Shown in pieces: positions 1 to 10,144 of a stretch of DNA of 64,000 nucleotides. Below the pieces are notes generated by a model. It searched no databases. It was given only the letters and a program-made list of their open reading frames with translations, and was not told where the DNA came from. The stretch's first letter is position 1, and every line of letters begins with the position of its first letter. Source of the DNA: Candidatus Eiseniibacteriota bacterium (lineage in GTDB: Bacteria > Eisenbacteria > RBG-16-71-46). The stretch is taken from contig CAVUWA010000004.1 in assembly GCA_963744995.1 (NCBI GenBank), positions 96,001 through 160,000 of the forward strand, in the 5' to 3' direction. Position numbers and translations under genes: made by a program.

Positions 1-148
1 CCCACGCCGCCTGATCGGCATAGAGCGCGGTCAGGTCCCACTTGTACTTCGGGGCGATGTCAGGGCGTTCGGCGCCGGCCGCGCGGCCGGCGGCCGCGGT
101 GCCCAGCGCGAGCGTCAGGAGAAGCATGAGTGCACCTTTCCAGGTCAT
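1..148 (-). CDS. pepF: Oligoendopeptidase F (M3B) with signal peptide, 5' part only (runs off the window)
   Basis: Manual translation from ATG 148: MTWKGALMLLLTLALGTAAAGRAAGAERPDIAPKYKWDLTALYADQAAW. The R-x-x-I-x-x-KYKWDL-x-x-LY-x-D-x-x-x-W pattern is the typical PepF N-terminus. GAGG RBS upstream. Not in the ORF track because it is truncated. Confidence 0.8.
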   Translation of the reverse strand, partial: MTWKGALMLLLTLALGTAAAGRAAGAERPDIAPKYKWDLTALYADQAAW

Positions 149-272
149 GGTGTGCCTCTATGGGAGTGTCGCGAGTCGAACGTGTGCGGACCAAAACGCG
201 GAGCCTACCCGACGCGGGCGGTTCGTGCATGGGACGCCTCCCGGCGGGGAGAACCGCGCGACCGGCGCGGCA

Positions 273-1184
273 TCAGCGCCCGAGCAGGAATCCCATGAGC
301 GGCGTCAGGGTCAGCGGGCTCAGCAGCGTCGAGACGAACACCACGCCGGTGACGAACGCCGGCTCGAGGCCGTACTCGGTGGCGAGGATGATGGTGATCA
401 CCGCGGTCGGCATCGAGGCCTGCAGCACGCCGGCCTGACGCGCCGGGCCCTCGAGCCCGAACACGAGGGCGAACAGCAGCCCGGCCGCGGCGCCGCCCGC
501 GAGCCTCAGCACCGTCGCGGTCGCGATCGGCCGCCATGGTCCGCCGCGCCGTGCCGCGTACAGCTGCATGCCGAGGATCACGAGGAAGGTCGGGATGCAC
601 GCCTCGGCGAGCAGCTTCACCGCGGTCGCGAGCGGGCCCGGCAGCGTCCGGCCGGTGCCGGACAGCACGAACGCGAGCAGCACGCCCCACAGCGCCGGCA
701 CGCGCACCAGTCCGCGGAGCGCGGCGCCGAAACCCTCGCGGCCGTACGAGGCGATGAACACGCCGAGGGTGTAGCTGAGGACCGAGGAGGCGAGGAAGAA
801 CAGCGTGGCCTCGGTCAGGCCCGGGCGGCCGAAGGCGAGCAGATTGGTGGAGAGCCCGAGGTTGCCGGCGTTCGGCAGCATCACCGTGAGCATCAGCGCG
901 CTCGCCATGGGGCGCGGCCAGCGCAGCAGGCGCGCCGTGCCCAGCGCGACGAGGGCCAGCGCGAGCAGCGTCGTCAGGGCGAAGCCCAGCATCCGCAGCA
1001 GGTCCGACGGCGCCACGTGGCTGTCCATGATCAGCTGGAAGATCAGGCACGGGGCGAACACCGAGAACGCGACGTGCGAGACCGCGCGCGGATCGGGGCG
1101 CACGGTCGCCGCCAGCGCGAAGCCCGCGCCGGCGACGAGCAGCACGGGCAGCAGGTTGTCGGCGAACAGGGCGAGCAGGGCCAT
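273..1184 (-). CDS. AEC family (auxin efflux carrier / malate permease-like) membrane transporter
   Basis: About 10 hydrophobic segments, with motifs PNAGNLGL and LQASMPTAV. Start re-picked at ATG 1184 (MALLALFADN). Confidence 0.85.
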   Translation of the reverse strand: MALLALFADNLLPVLLVAGAGFALAATVRPDPRAVSHVAFSVFAPCLIFQLIMDSHVAPSDLLRMLGFALTTLLALALVALGTARLLRWPRPMASALMLTVMLPNAGNLGLSTNLLAFGRPGLTEATLFFLASSVLSYTLGVFIASYGREGFGAALRGLVRVPALWGVLLAFVLSGTGRTLPGPLATAVKLLAEACIPTFLVILGMQLYAARRGGPWRPIATATVLRLAGGAAAGLLFALVFGLEGPARQAGVLQASMPTAVITIILATEYGLEPAFVTGVVFVSTLLSPLTLTPLMGFLLGR

Positions 1185-1335
1185 GCGGCGGACCTCGGAT
1201 GGACGGTGTGGAACGATCGGGCGCGCGGCCGCTTCACGCGACCGGCAGCGGGGGCCAAGATACGCACAGGACGCGCCGGGCTCCAATGGTAGGCTGGCCG
1301 CGGCATTCACCGGCGGCACTCACGGAGGAGGCGCG

Positions 1336-2850
1336 ATGCACGAAGGCGAAAGGGCGGCTTCCGATTCGCGTGCGCGCACCGTGGACCGCCTGCTGGGGCT
1401 CGCGACCGCGGCGGCCGCGCTGGTCTGGATCCTGCGCCTCGCGATCGAGTCGGCCGGGATCGTGTTCGGCGCGGACGAGTGCTTCCACGCGACGATGGCG
1501 GGTTGGATCCACACGCACGGCACGCTGCCGGCCACGCTTCCCGGGCTCTACGGCGGCTTCGACTATTACTATCAGCCGCTGCTCCACCTGTTTGGCGCGC
1601 TGACACTTGCGCTCCCGGGCGGCGGCGTCCTGAGGTTCCTGCCGCTGGCCGCGGCGGCGGCGACGCTCGCTGTGCTCGGATTCGGCGCGCGCCGCACCGT
1701 CCCGCTGCACGCGCGGCTGTGGGCCGTGCTCGTCCTGGTCGCGAGCACCCTGTTCGCGACGTATGCGGTCCGGCTCTACGCGGAGAGCCTGAGCGCGCTG
1801 CTGGTGACGGCCGGTGCGCTCGCGCTCGTCCACCAGCAGCACGCGGGCGGCCGCGCGGCGACGATCGGGCTCGGCGCGCTCGCCGGCCTCGCGATCCTCG
1901 CCAAGTTCGCCGGATGGTCGCTGGCCGTGCTGATCGGCGTGGCCGCGCTGGTGCGGCTCGTGCGCGGCGAGCGCGAGCAGGCGCGCCACCTGGGCGCGGC
2001 GCTTGCCCTCGCGCTGCTGGTTGCGGCGCCGTGGCTCGTGCGCAACCAGATCCTGTTCGGCAGCGCGCTCTACCCGCTCGGCGCGCCGGACCTCGACCGC
2101 GGTCTCTACGCGCTCGAGCGCGCGCGCTTCTCGTTTCCGCCCGCGGCGTTCTTCGCGGGGCTGCCGCAGGTGCTCGGCCCCTTCATGCTGGCCATGAACG
2201 CGATGGCGGCGCTGAGCGTGGGGATCGAGCGCCGCTTCGGCTGGGGTCATGCGCTGTGGGCGTTCGCGCTCGGCGGCATCGCCGTGACGGGATTCATGCC
2301 GATGGCCGCCGCGCGCCACCTGGTCGCGTTCCTGCCGCTCCTGGCGCTCGGCGCGTCATGGGTCGTGGCCGACGCGCTCGCCCGCCGCGGGCTGCTGATG
2401 CGGCCGGTGGGGGCGGTGCTGATCGCGGCCGCCGCCGTCACGCTGGTGCGCTTCCCGGAGCACCGCAAGGGCGCGAGCCCGCCGCCGCCGCTCATGGACG
2501 CGTTCGCGGCGATCGCCCGGGTGACGCCCGGCCGCGCGAACATTTTGAGCCTGTGGACCTACGACACGTACTACCATGGACACCGGGCGGCGACCTGGCC
2601 GCTCGCCTGGGGCCAGACCCGATCCCCTGCGGGGCTGTTCCGGACGCGCGACCCGCAGCACTTTGCCGCCACGATGGACTCGCTCGGCATCGGTTACGTG
2701 CTCGTGCCGAAAGCGGCGCCGCTCGAACCGTGGAACGGTGCCAACTATCCCGAGTCGTTCATCGTCTGCGCGCGGGCGCTGGTCGAGAACGGCGGCCTGC
2801 GGATCACCTGGCAGAACGAGCGGTTCGTATTGCTCGGGAGGGGGCCGTGA
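1336..2850 (+). CDS. GT-C fold (family 39 / ArnT-PMT-like) polytopic membrane glycosyltransferase
   Basis: ATG 1336 after GGAGGAGG. First TM helix is followed by the acidic motif ADECFH, then QPLLH, LYAESLS, LAILAKF and APWLVRNQ, many TM helices and a soluble C-terminal domain. Confidence 0.7.
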   Translation: MHEGERAASDSRARTVDRLLGLATAAAALVWILRLAIESAGIVFGADECFHATMAGWIHTHGTLPATLPGLYGGFDYYYQPLLHLFGALTLALPGGGVLRFLPLAAAAATLAVLGFGARRTVPLHARLWAVLVLVASTLFATYAVRLYAESLSALLVTAGALALVHQQHAGGRAATIGLGALAGLAILAKFAGWSLAVLIGVAALVRLVRGEREQARHLGAALALALLVAAPWLVRNQILFGSALYPLGAPDLDRGLYALERARFSFPPAAFFAGLPQVLGPFMLAMNAMAALSVGIERRFGWGHALWAFALGGIAVTGFMPMAAARHLVAFLPLLALGASWVVADALARRGLLMRPVGAVLIAAAAVTLVRFPEHRKGASPPPPLMDAFAAIARVTPGRANILSLWTYDTYYHGHRAATWPLAWGQTRSPAGLFRTRDPQHFAATMDSLGIGYVLVPKAAPLEPWNGANYPESFIVCARALVENGGLRITWQNERFVLLGRGP

Positions 2851-4337
2851 GAATCGATGTTCGTGTGGCCGTGCTGGCCGTCACGTGCGCGGTCGCGCCG
2901 GCCCATGCCGGCGCCGTGCGCACGTCCGGGTCGGCGCTGCCGCCGGTTCAAGCCACCCTCGCGATCAATGACCTCGCCATGGGAGTCGTCGACAACGGAA
3001 TGTTCGCGTTCCGCTTCTACCCCCTCAGCGAAGGCGATCTCGAGTATCCGCGCGGCAGCGGCAGGATCGTCGCTTTCGCGGGCGGGTTCTGGGTGAGCGG
3101 GCGGGTGTCCGGCGAGACCCGGATGGTGATCTCGGAGTTCGGCAGCGAGTGGGCGCCGGGCCCGCTGGCCTGGATCACCTCGCCGCCCGTCACCTGGCCG
3201 GGTTCCCTGTTCCGCTACAGCCGCGCCGACACCGCCGGACGCGGGGCGTGGGCGGCGCGCGCCGTGCCGCTGGGAGCGCCCGCCGCACCGCCCGCCGACG
3301 AGACGCTGTGGGCCGTGTGCAACGACTACGGCACCGCGGCCTTCTATCCGCACGGCAACCGGATGACGAACCCGATCGGACTCGAAGCGCACTTCACGAC
3401 CTACGCGTTCGACCGGCCCGGCACGCTCCGGCGCGCCGCGTTCGTGAAGCTCACGCTGCTGCAGATGGGCGCCGCCCCGCTCGACAGCGCCGCGATCGGC
3501 GTGTTCTTCGATCCCAGGGTCGGGCTTCCGGCCCTGCGCGCGGCCTACGACCTCGCGCGCGAGATGGGCTACAGCTACGCGGCGGATCCGCCAACGGGCG
3601 GCGAGGCCATCGCGGTCGGGGTCGTGTGGCTGGGCGGACCGCGGCCCCCGCTGCTGATCCAGCGCATGCGTCCGACGTCGTACGTCGTCTATGCGAACGG
3701 GGCCGACCCTGCCGTGCCCCACGACTACGACGACGTCACGCGCGGCCTCGAACCGTGGGGTGCAGCGATGATCGATTCGAGCACGATGCAGCCGACGCCG
3801 TTCTTCTCGAGCGGCGACCCGGTCGCGGGCACCGGCTGGAACGCGAGCGTGCCGCCGCATCCGCACACCGTGCTCAGCGCGCAGCCGTTCACCTTTGCGC
3901 CCGGCGACACGCAGACGGTGGACGTCGCGATCGTGGTCGGACACGGGCCGGACTCCGTCGCGGCGATTCTCGATCTGCGCGCCGCGGCCGACGCGGCACG
4001 CGCCGCGTTCGCGACGGGATTCGCGAATCTGCCGGCTGCGGATCCGTATCCGGCGCCGGGCCGCATCCTCGCGTATCCGAACCCGGCCCCGGCCGGCGCG
4101 CGCATCGCGTTCCGCATCGAGGCGCCGGCGGCGCCGGCGGCGCTGATCATCTACGACGTCTGCGGACGGCGCGTGCGGCGGATGGATGTGAGCCATGCGG
4201 CCGCGGGCCGCTACGTCGCCGAGTGGGACGGCCGCGACGAGCACGGTCATCGCGCGCGCGCCGGACTCTACTTCGCGCGCTTCGAGAGCGCGGGCGCCGC
4301 GGCCACGGGCCGCCTCGTGCTGCTCTCGGGGAACTGA
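2847..4337 (+). CDS. Secreted protein with C-terminal FlgD Ig-like (T9SS-CTD-like) domain
   Basis: GTG 2847 overlaps the upstream TGA (GTGA). Signal peptide ends AHA. C-terminus YPNP...IYDVCGRRVR...WDGRDEHG...GLYFARF. Confidence 0.75.
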   Translation: MRIDVRVAVLAVTCAVAPAHAGAVRTSGSALPPVQATLAINDLAMGVVDNGMFAFRFYPLSEGDLEYPRGSGRIVAFAGGFWVSGRVSGETRMVISEFGSEWAPGPLAWITSPPVTWPGSLFRYSRADTAGRGAWAARAVPLGAPAAPPADETLWAVCNDYGTAAFYPHGNRMTNPIGLEAHFTTYAFDRPGTLRRAAFVKLTLLQMGAAPLDSAAIGVFFDPRVGLPALRAAYDLAREMGYSYAADPPTGGEAIAVGVVWLGGPRPPLLIQRMRPTSYVVYANGADPAVPHDYDDVTRGLEPWGAAMIDSSTMQPTPFFSSGDPVAGTGWNASVPPHPHTVLSAQPFTFAPGDTQTVDVAIVVGHGPDSVAAILDLRAAADAARAAFATGFANLPAADPYPAPGRILAYPNPAPAGARIAFRIEAPAAPAALIIYDVCGRRVRRMDVSHAAAGRYVAEWDGRDEHGHRARAGLYFARFESAGAAATGRLVLLSGN

Positions 4338-4341
4338 GCCG

Positions 4342-5376
4342 GTGCGCCTGCTGCGCGACATGGCCGCGGCCGGTCACGAACGGGTCATCGCCTTTCAGGA
4401 TCCCGCCGCGGGACTCGCCGGCTTCCTGGCGATCCACAGCACGCGGCTCGGACCGGCGCTCGGCGGCGTGCGGCTCTACCGCTACCGGCGCGAAGCGGAC
4501 GCGCTCGCCGACGCACTGCGGCTGTCCAGGGCGATGACCTACAAGTGCGCGCTCGCCGGGCTCCCGGCGGGCGGCGGCAAGGCGGTGATCCTCGATCGCC
4601 CGGGACTCCGCCGCACGCGCGCGTTCGAGGCCTACGGGCGCGTGGTGCAGGGGCTCGGAGGCGCGTTCTATACCGGTGGCGACGTCGGCATCCGGCCGGC
4701 CGACCTCGAGGCCGTGGGGCGCGAGACCGCGTGGGTCGCGAAGGAGTCGGCTGCAGAGCTCGGCGACGTGAACCAGTTCACCGCCGAAGGCGTGTGGCAG
4801 GCGATGCGCGCCTGCCTCGAGGTGCGCGGCATCGCGCCGCACGGAGCGCACGTCGCCCTGCAGGGGGTGGGCAACGTCGGGGTGCGGCTGGCGCGGATTC
4901 TCGCGCGCGAGGGCTGCCGGCTGACGCTCGCCGATCTCGACGCTGCGCGCGCGCGGCGGGTGGCACGCGCCCTGGGCGCGGCGTTCGCGGCCCCGGCGCA
5001 GATCGCGCTCACGGACGCCGACGTATTCGCGCCCTGTGCGATGGGTGGCGTGCTGCGCGCCGCGACGATCGCACGGATGAAGGCGAAGATCGTGTGTGGC
5101 GCGGCGAACAATCAGCTCGCGACGCCCGGCGACGCCGCGCGCATGGCGCGCCGCGGCATCCTCTACGCTCCGGACTATCTGGCCAACGCGGGTGGCGTGA
5201 TCCGCGGCGCCGAGTATCATCTGCTCGGACGGGCCGACAGCGCGCCGAGCATCCTGCGTATCGGCGATCGCATGCGTGCGATCGCGCGGCGTGCGGCGCG
5301 CGACCGCACGACCACCCTGGCCGTCGCCGACGCGATGGCCGAGGCGATCGTGCGGCGCGGCGGGCCCGGCCGCTGA
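4342..5376 (+). CDS. Glu/Leu/Phe/Val dehydrogenase (leucine/phenylalanine dehydrogenase-like)
   Basis: Motifs GPALGGVR, LSRAMTYK, GGGKAV, the GVGNVG Rossmann loop, GAANNQL and PDYLANAGG. Confidence 0.9.
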   Translation: MRLLRDMAAAGHERVIAFQDPAAGLAGFLAIHSTRLGPALGGVRLYRYRREADALADALRLSRAMTYKCALAGLPAGGGKAVILDRPGLRRTRAFEAYGRVVQGLGGAFYTGGDVGIRPADLEAVGRETAWVAKESAAELGDVNQFTAEGVWQAMRACLEVRGIAPHGAHVALQGVGNVGVRLARILAREGCRLTLADLDAARARRVARALGAAFAAPAQIALTDADVFAPCAMGGVLRAATIARMKAKIVCGAANNQLATPGDAARMARRGILYAPDYLANAGGVIRGAEYHLLGRADSAPSILRIGDRMRAIARRAARDRTTTLAVADAMAEAIVRRGGPGR

Positions 5377-5420
5377 GATTCCGCACGATTCCGGCCGCCG
5401 ACCCCCATCGGGAGCGCGAC

Positions 5421-7031
5421 ATGAACGCCAGACCGTTTGCCCTTACCGCCGTCCTCGCCGTGCTCTTCCTGGGCGTGCTGTCCTGCACCCGCAAGCCCTC
5501 CGCCGAAGGCGAGGCCTGGTGGGCGCACGTGCGCTACCTGGCCAGCGATTCACTGGAGGGTCGCAACACCGGGAGCGAGGGGTATCGCAGGGCGGCCGAC
5601 TACGTGGCCGACCAGTTCCGCCAGGCGGGTGCGCTGCCCGGTGCGGACGGCGGCTATCTGCAACCCGTGGACGTCATCACCCGCAAGGTCCGCGAGGCCG
5701 AATGCCGCCTCGAGCTGATTCGCAACGGCGAGGCGCAACCCGTTGTCCTGGGCGACGAAGCCGCCATCAGCACGAGGCTCGAATCGGCTGCGGACATCGA
5801 GGCGCCGGTGGTGTTCGCAGGGTATGCGATCTCGGCGCCCAGGGCCGGCTACGACGATCTCGATGGGCTCGACCTCGAGGGCGCGATCGTCGCGTACATC
5901 TCGGGCGGGCCGGCCTCGCTGCCCGGGCCGATTCGCGCTCACACCCAGTCGATTGCGGAGCGCTGGAAGGCGCTGCGCGCGCGCGGCGCGCGCGGCCTGC
6001 TGCGGATCACGAACCCGGCGAAGAGCGACGTGCCGTGGGAGCGGGGGGCGAAGCGCCGTCTCGCGGCGAGCATGACGCTCGCCGATCCCGCCCTCGACGA
6101 GACGCCCGGCCTCGAATTCGCCGCGACGCTCAACGGCGAGCGGTCCGAGCGCTGGTTCGAGGGGTCTGGTCATACGCTCCAGGAACTGCTCGACCTCGCG
6201 AGCCGCGAGCAGCCGCTGCCGCGCTTCCCGCTCGATGCGCGGCTGCGTGCGCATGTGGCCTTCGACCGCGGCACGGCGGAGTCGCCGAACGTGGTCGCGA
6301 TCGTGCCCGGCTCCGATCCGGGACTCAAGAACACCTACGTGGTGCTGTCGGCGCACCTCGATCACCTCGGTGTGGGCGGCGCCGTTGCCGGCGATTCGAT
6401 CTATAACGGCGCGATGGACAACGCCGCGGGCGTCGCGTCACTGATCGAGATCGCGAAGATGGCGAAGGCGCGCGGCGTGAAACTGCGGCGCTCGCTGCTG
6501 CTGCTGGCGGTGACCGGCGAGGAGAAGGGCGAACTCGGCTCACGCTACTTCGCCGCGCATCCGACCGTGCCGATCGGGCGAATCGCCGCCGACCTCAACC
6601 TCGACATGTTCCTGCCGATCGTGCCGTTCAGGATCCTCACGGTGTACGGCCTCAGGGAGTCGGATCTCGGCGACTGGATCGTGCCGGTCGCCGAGAAACA
6701 TGGCGTGCGCGTCCAGGACGATCCCGAGCCCGAGCGGCGGATCTTCGTGCGCAGCGACCAGTACAGCTTCATCCGCCAGGGCGTGCCGGCGCTGTCGTTC
6801 AAGATCGGCTTCGTGAAAGGCAGTCGCGAAGCGAAGGTCTTCGCCGACTGGACGAAGCAGCGCTACCATGCACCCTCGGACGACGTGAACCAGCCCGTGA
6901 ATCTCGACGCTGCGGCCGGATTCACGGAAATGCTCTACGACTTCGCGATCGACGTCGCCGACCGCGACGTGCCGCCGCGCTGGAAGGAAACCAGCTTCTT
7001 CAGACGGTACTCGGATGAAGCCGGCCGCTGA
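5421..7031 (+). CDS. M28 family metallopeptidase with PA domain, probable lipoprotein
   Basis: ATG 5421 after GGAG. Lipobox-like VLSC. Zn-site motifs SAHLDHLG, GAMDNAAG, GEEKG, NLDM, RSDQYSF and YHAPSD. Confidence 0.9.
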   Translation: MNARPFALTAVLAVLFLGVLSCTRKPSAEGEAWWAHVRYLASDSLEGRNTGSEGYRRAADYVADQFRQAGALPGADGGYLQPVDVITRKVREAECRLELIRNGEAQPVVLGDEAAISTRLESAADIEAPVVFAGYAISAPRAGYDDLDGLDLEGAIVAYISGGPASLPGPIRAHTQSIAERWKALRARGARGLLRITNPAKSDVPWERGAKRRLAASMTLADPALDETPGLEFAATLNGERSERWFEGSGHTLQELLDLASREQPLPRFPLDARLRAHVAFDRGTAESPNVVAIVPGSDPGLKNTYVVLSAHLDHLGVGGAVAGDSIYNGAMDNAAGVASLIEIAKMAKARGVKLRRSLLLLAVTGEEKGELGSRYFAAHPTVPIGRIAADLNLDMFLPIVPFRILTVYGLRESDLGDWIVPVAEKHGVRVQDDPEPERRIFVRSDQYSFIRQGVPALSFKIGFVKGSREAKVFADWTKQRYHAPSDDVNQPVNLDAAAGFTEMLYDFAIDVADRDVPPRWKETSFFRRYSDEAGR

Positions 7032-8331
7032 GGCGGCCGAGGGCGCGCTGCGCGCGTTCCGCTTCGCCGCGCGGGGCGCCGCATGCACCCTGGCGCTCGC
7101 ACTCGCACCCTGCGCGGGCGTCGCGGCGCAGGCGCCCGGGAATGCCGCCGCCGCGTCGGCCTCGGTGCGGGAGAACGCCGCCCGGCACCATGGCGACCTG
7201 CGCATCGCCGTCTTCAACATCCGCGTGCTGTCCACGGCGAAGATCACCGATGTGGATTCCATGGGTCACGGCCGCGATCCGCAGCTGCGCGCCGCCGCGG
7301 CCGTGATCCGCAGCGTGCGGCCCGACGTGCTGATCCTCAACGAGCTCTGGCACGACGTCGCCGCCCACGAGGCCCATGGCGCGCCGCTCGATCTCAACGC
7401 GCGGCGCTTCGCCCGCGCCTACCTCGAGGACGGCGACGACGGCGTCGCGTATCCGTACGCGTTCGCCGCGCCATGCAACACGGGGCGGGCGTCGGGCTTC
7501 GATCTGGACGGCGACGGCGAGGTCGCCGCCGCGTCCGACCTCGGCACGCCGCGCTGGGCGGGAGACGCGTGGGGCTGGGGCCGCGAGCCGGGCGAGTTCT
7601 CGATGGGCATGCTCTCACGCTTCCCGGTGGACACCGCCGGCGCGCGCACGTTCGCGCGCTTCCACTGGGCGGATCTGCCGGGCCATCACATGCCGGCCGG
7701 CTTCTATCCCGCGGCGGCCGTGCGCCGCATGCCGCTTTCGAGCAAGGCGCACTGGGACGTGCCGATCGTCGCGGCCGGTGACACGGTGCACGTGTTCATG
7801 TGCGTGCCGACCCCGGGTATCTTCGACGGGCCGGAAGATCGCAACGGTCTGCGTAACTTCGACGAGGTCGGTTTCTGGGTGCACTACCTGGACGACGACG
7901 GCGCGCTCGTGGACGATCGCGGTGTGCGCGGCGGCTACCGCGCCGGCGCGTCGTTCGTGATCGCCGGCGACCTCAACGCGTTCGAGGAACAGGACACGCG
8001 CGTGGATGGGCGCGTGGCGATCCGGCAGCTGAAGGAGGACCCGCGCATTCGCGACACGGGACCCTGGCTCGCGAGCCCCGGCGCCGCGCACGGCGTGGCC
8101 ACCGGACCACCCGCCTGGCGCGAGCGCGATACCGTCATCGACGGAGACTTCCGCGCGCGGCTCGACTACATCCTGCCGTCGCGCGACCTCGAGGTGAAAG
8201 GCGGTGGTGTGTGGTGGCCCGACCCCGTGCGCGACCCCGAGGGCCGCCGGCTCGCCGAAGCGGCGTCCGACCACCGCCTGATCTGGCTCGACGTGGCGCT
8301 GCCGAGCGCCCCCGGGAAGCGCGGGCGATGA
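7015..8331 (+). CDS. Secreted endonuclease/exonuclease/phosphatase (EEP) family protein
   Basis: Motifs AVFNI, PDVLILNE, IAGDLN, RLDYILPS and ASDHRLIW. Signal peptide present. Exact start uncertain. Confidence 0.85.
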   Translation: MKPAAEAAEGALRAFRFAARGAACTLALALAPCAGVAAQAPGNAAAASASVRENAARHHGDLRIAVFNIRVLSTAKITDVDSMGHGRDPQLRAAAAVIRSVRPDVLILNELWHDVAAHEAHGAPLDLNARRFARAYLEDGDDGVAYPYAFAAPCNTGRASGFDLDGDGEVAAASDLGTPRWAGDAWGWGREPGEFSMGMLSRFPVDTAGARTFARFHWADLPGHHMPAGFYPAAAVRRMPLSSKAHWDVPIVAAGDTVHVFMCVPTPGIFDGPEDRNGLRNFDEVGFWVHYLDDDGALVDDRGVRGGYRAGASFVIAGDLNAFEEQDTRVDGRVAIRQLKEDPRIRDTGPWLASPGAAHGVATGPPAWRERDTVIDGDFRARLDYILPSRDLEVKGGGVWWPDPVRDPEGRRLAEAASDHRLIWLDVALPSAPGKRGR

Positions 8332-8606
8332 GCGACGACCGGGCCCCGATCGAACTGCCGATCGACGGCACACTCGACCTGCACGCATTCGCGCCGCGCG
8401 AGGTGAAGGGCGTGGTCACCGATTATCTGGACGCGTGCCGCGAGCGCGGCATCCTCGAGGTGCGGATCGTGCACGGCAAGGGCACCGGCGCGCTGCGCGA
8501 GACCGTGCACGCGCTGCTCGCCCGGCGCGACGACGTCGTGTCGTTCGCGCTCGCGGGCGAGGGCCGCGGGGAATGGGGCGCGACGCTCGTGCGGCTCCGG
8601 TCCTGA
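8328..8606 (+). CDS. Smr/MutS2 C-terminal domain protein
   Basis: ATGA overlap at 8328. Motifs LDLHAF, IVHGKGTGALR and GEWGATLV. Confidence 0.9.
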   Translation: MSDDRAPIELPIDGTLDLHAFAPREVKGVVTDYLDACRERGILEVRIVHGKGTGALRETVHALLARRDDVVSFALAGEGRGEWGATLVRLRS

Positions 8607-8639
8607 CGCCGTTCGCGCGCAGGCCGCGCCCCGCCGCGA

Positions 8640-9638
8640 CTAGCGCGGCGGGGTGAAGACGAACGGGGCCTGGAACGTCGTGACCCCTTCGGCGATCGTG
8701 GGGAAGCGCCACTCACGAATCTGCGACAGCGCGCAGGCGGCCAGCGCCGGCGACTTCAGCGTGTTCTGCACGACGGCCGCGTCGGTGACGCGCCCGGACG
8801 CCGACACGGTGATCGCCACCACCAGCTTGCCGCTCAGCGACGGATCGTGCTTGAGCTCGTTGCCGTAGCAGTACTGGATCCCGGCGGCGTACTTCTGCAC
8901 CACGGCGAGCAGCGAGGCCGTGCTGCGGTAGACGCCCGGTGCGGAGCCGCTGGCGCCCGTGCCCCCCTCGGCGCCCGCCGCGCCGCTCGCGCCGCCGCCC
9001 GCGGGCGCGGCCGACAGCGAGCCGATCGCGATCTGCGAACCTTCCACCACGCTGCCGCCGAGATCCGCGCGGCCGCCGGCGACGGTCGCCTCGACGTCGC
9101 CGATCTGGCCGCCGCTGCGGCCCGCGCGCACCGTGCGGGCCCGGCGCCGGCGTGAGGGCCGCCCCGACGAGCTGGGGGTCGACTGCAGCGCGCTCGACAG
9201 GCCCGCCAGCGTGCGGTCGATCGACTGCGTCGCCTTCTGCACCGAAGCGGTGGCCTCCTGCGCGCGCTGGCGGCCCTGGGCGCCCGTGTCCGGGGCCCGC
9301 TCGCGTGCCGCCTCCAGACGGCGCGGCCGCGGCGTGACCGCCGGCCGGGGAGCGGGTTGCGCCTCCGGCTTCGCGGCTTCGGGTGCCTCGGCCTTCGCCG
9401 CGCGGGTCTCGGGCGCCGCCGGCGCCGGATGCGGTTGCGGCTTTTCGATGATCAGGCGCGCGAAGCGCTCGGGCAGCTGCTCCACGTGCAGGATCGTCGG
9501 CTGCCGCGCGGGCACGAGCAGCACCACGATCAGAAAGATCGCGCCGGCGATGGACGCGCCGGTGAGGCAGCGGCGGAACAGGTCGTCGCCGCCCGAGAAC
9601 AGCGGCTGCCGGTAGATGGACTGGGTCATGGTCGCCAT
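8640..9638 (-). CDS. AgmX/PglI C-terminal domain, TonB-like energy transducer (GltG-like)
   Basis: Single N-terminal TM anchor followed by LPERFARLII, a Pro/Ala/Gly-rich linker, and a C-terminal domain IQYCYGNELKHDPSLSGKLVVAITVSASGRV...CALSQIREWRFP...PFVF. Last gene of the operon, after exbB/exbD/exbD homologues. Confidence 0.8.
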   Translation of the reverse strand: MATMTQSIYRQPLFSGGDDLFRRCLTGASIAGAIFLIVVLLVPARQPTILHVEQLPERFARLIIEKPQPHPAPAAPETRAAKAEAPEAAKPEAQPAPRPAVTPRPRRLEAARERAPDTGAQGRQRAQEATASVQKATQSIDRTLAGLSSALQSTPSSSGRPSRRRRARTVRAGRSGGQIGDVEATVAGGRADLGGSVVEGSQIAIGSLSAAPAGGGASGAAGAEGGTGASGSAPGVYRSTASLLAVVQKYAAGIQYCYGNELKHDPSLSGKLVVAITVSASGRVTDAAVVQNTLKSPALAACALSQIREWRFPTIAEGVTTFQAPFVFTPPR

Positions 9639-9651
9639 GGTCGGCCCTTCC

Positions 9652-10143
9652 TCACGCGCTCTTCAGGACGGCCAGCGCGATGTGCTCGAAGCCGTTCTGC
9701 TGCAGGGTGTACATGACCCGCTCCAGGATCTCGAACTCGATCTGGCGATCGCCCTGCACGGTGACGATCTGCGGGGGGGGCGCCCCGCCGGCGCGCTCGA
9801 TCTCTTCCATCCGCGCGCGCACGGCGCCCAGCGCCGTGTCGAGCCGCTCGATCAGCATGCCGGAGCCGGCCTTCGCTTCGGTGAGCGACACCACTTTCTC
9901 CGAGTTCACGAGGATCGCGTCGTCGCCGATCGCGACGACCAGCGAGGCGGCCGGCTGGGTGGCCGCGGTGGACTGCGGCAGCTCGATACCCGGCGGCGGC
10001 ACCTGCGCTTCGCCGTCGACGACGAAGCTCTTGAGCAGGAACAGCAGCAGCACCGTGAGAATGTCCATCATCGAGGTCAGCCTGAGGCCGCCCTGGCCGA
10101 GCCGGGCGCGGAGCCGGCGCCGATCCTGTCTGCCACGTCGCAT
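9652..10143 (-). CDS. ExbD/TolR family protein (AglS-like), TM Asp retained
   Basis: TM segment LTSMMDILTVLLLFLLKSF. Periplasmic domain ends QGDRQIEFEILERVMYT...GFEHIALAV. ATG 10143 with GGAG RBS. Confidence 0.88.
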   Translation of the reverse strand: MRRGRQDRRRLRARLGQGGLRLTSMMDILTVLLLFLLKSFVVDGEAQVPPPGIELPQSTAATQPAASLVVAIGDDAILVNSEKVVSLTEAKAGSGMLIERLDTALGAVRARMEEIERAGGAPPPQIVTVQGDRQIEFEILERVMYTLQQNGFEHIALAVLKSA

Positions 10144-10144
10144 G

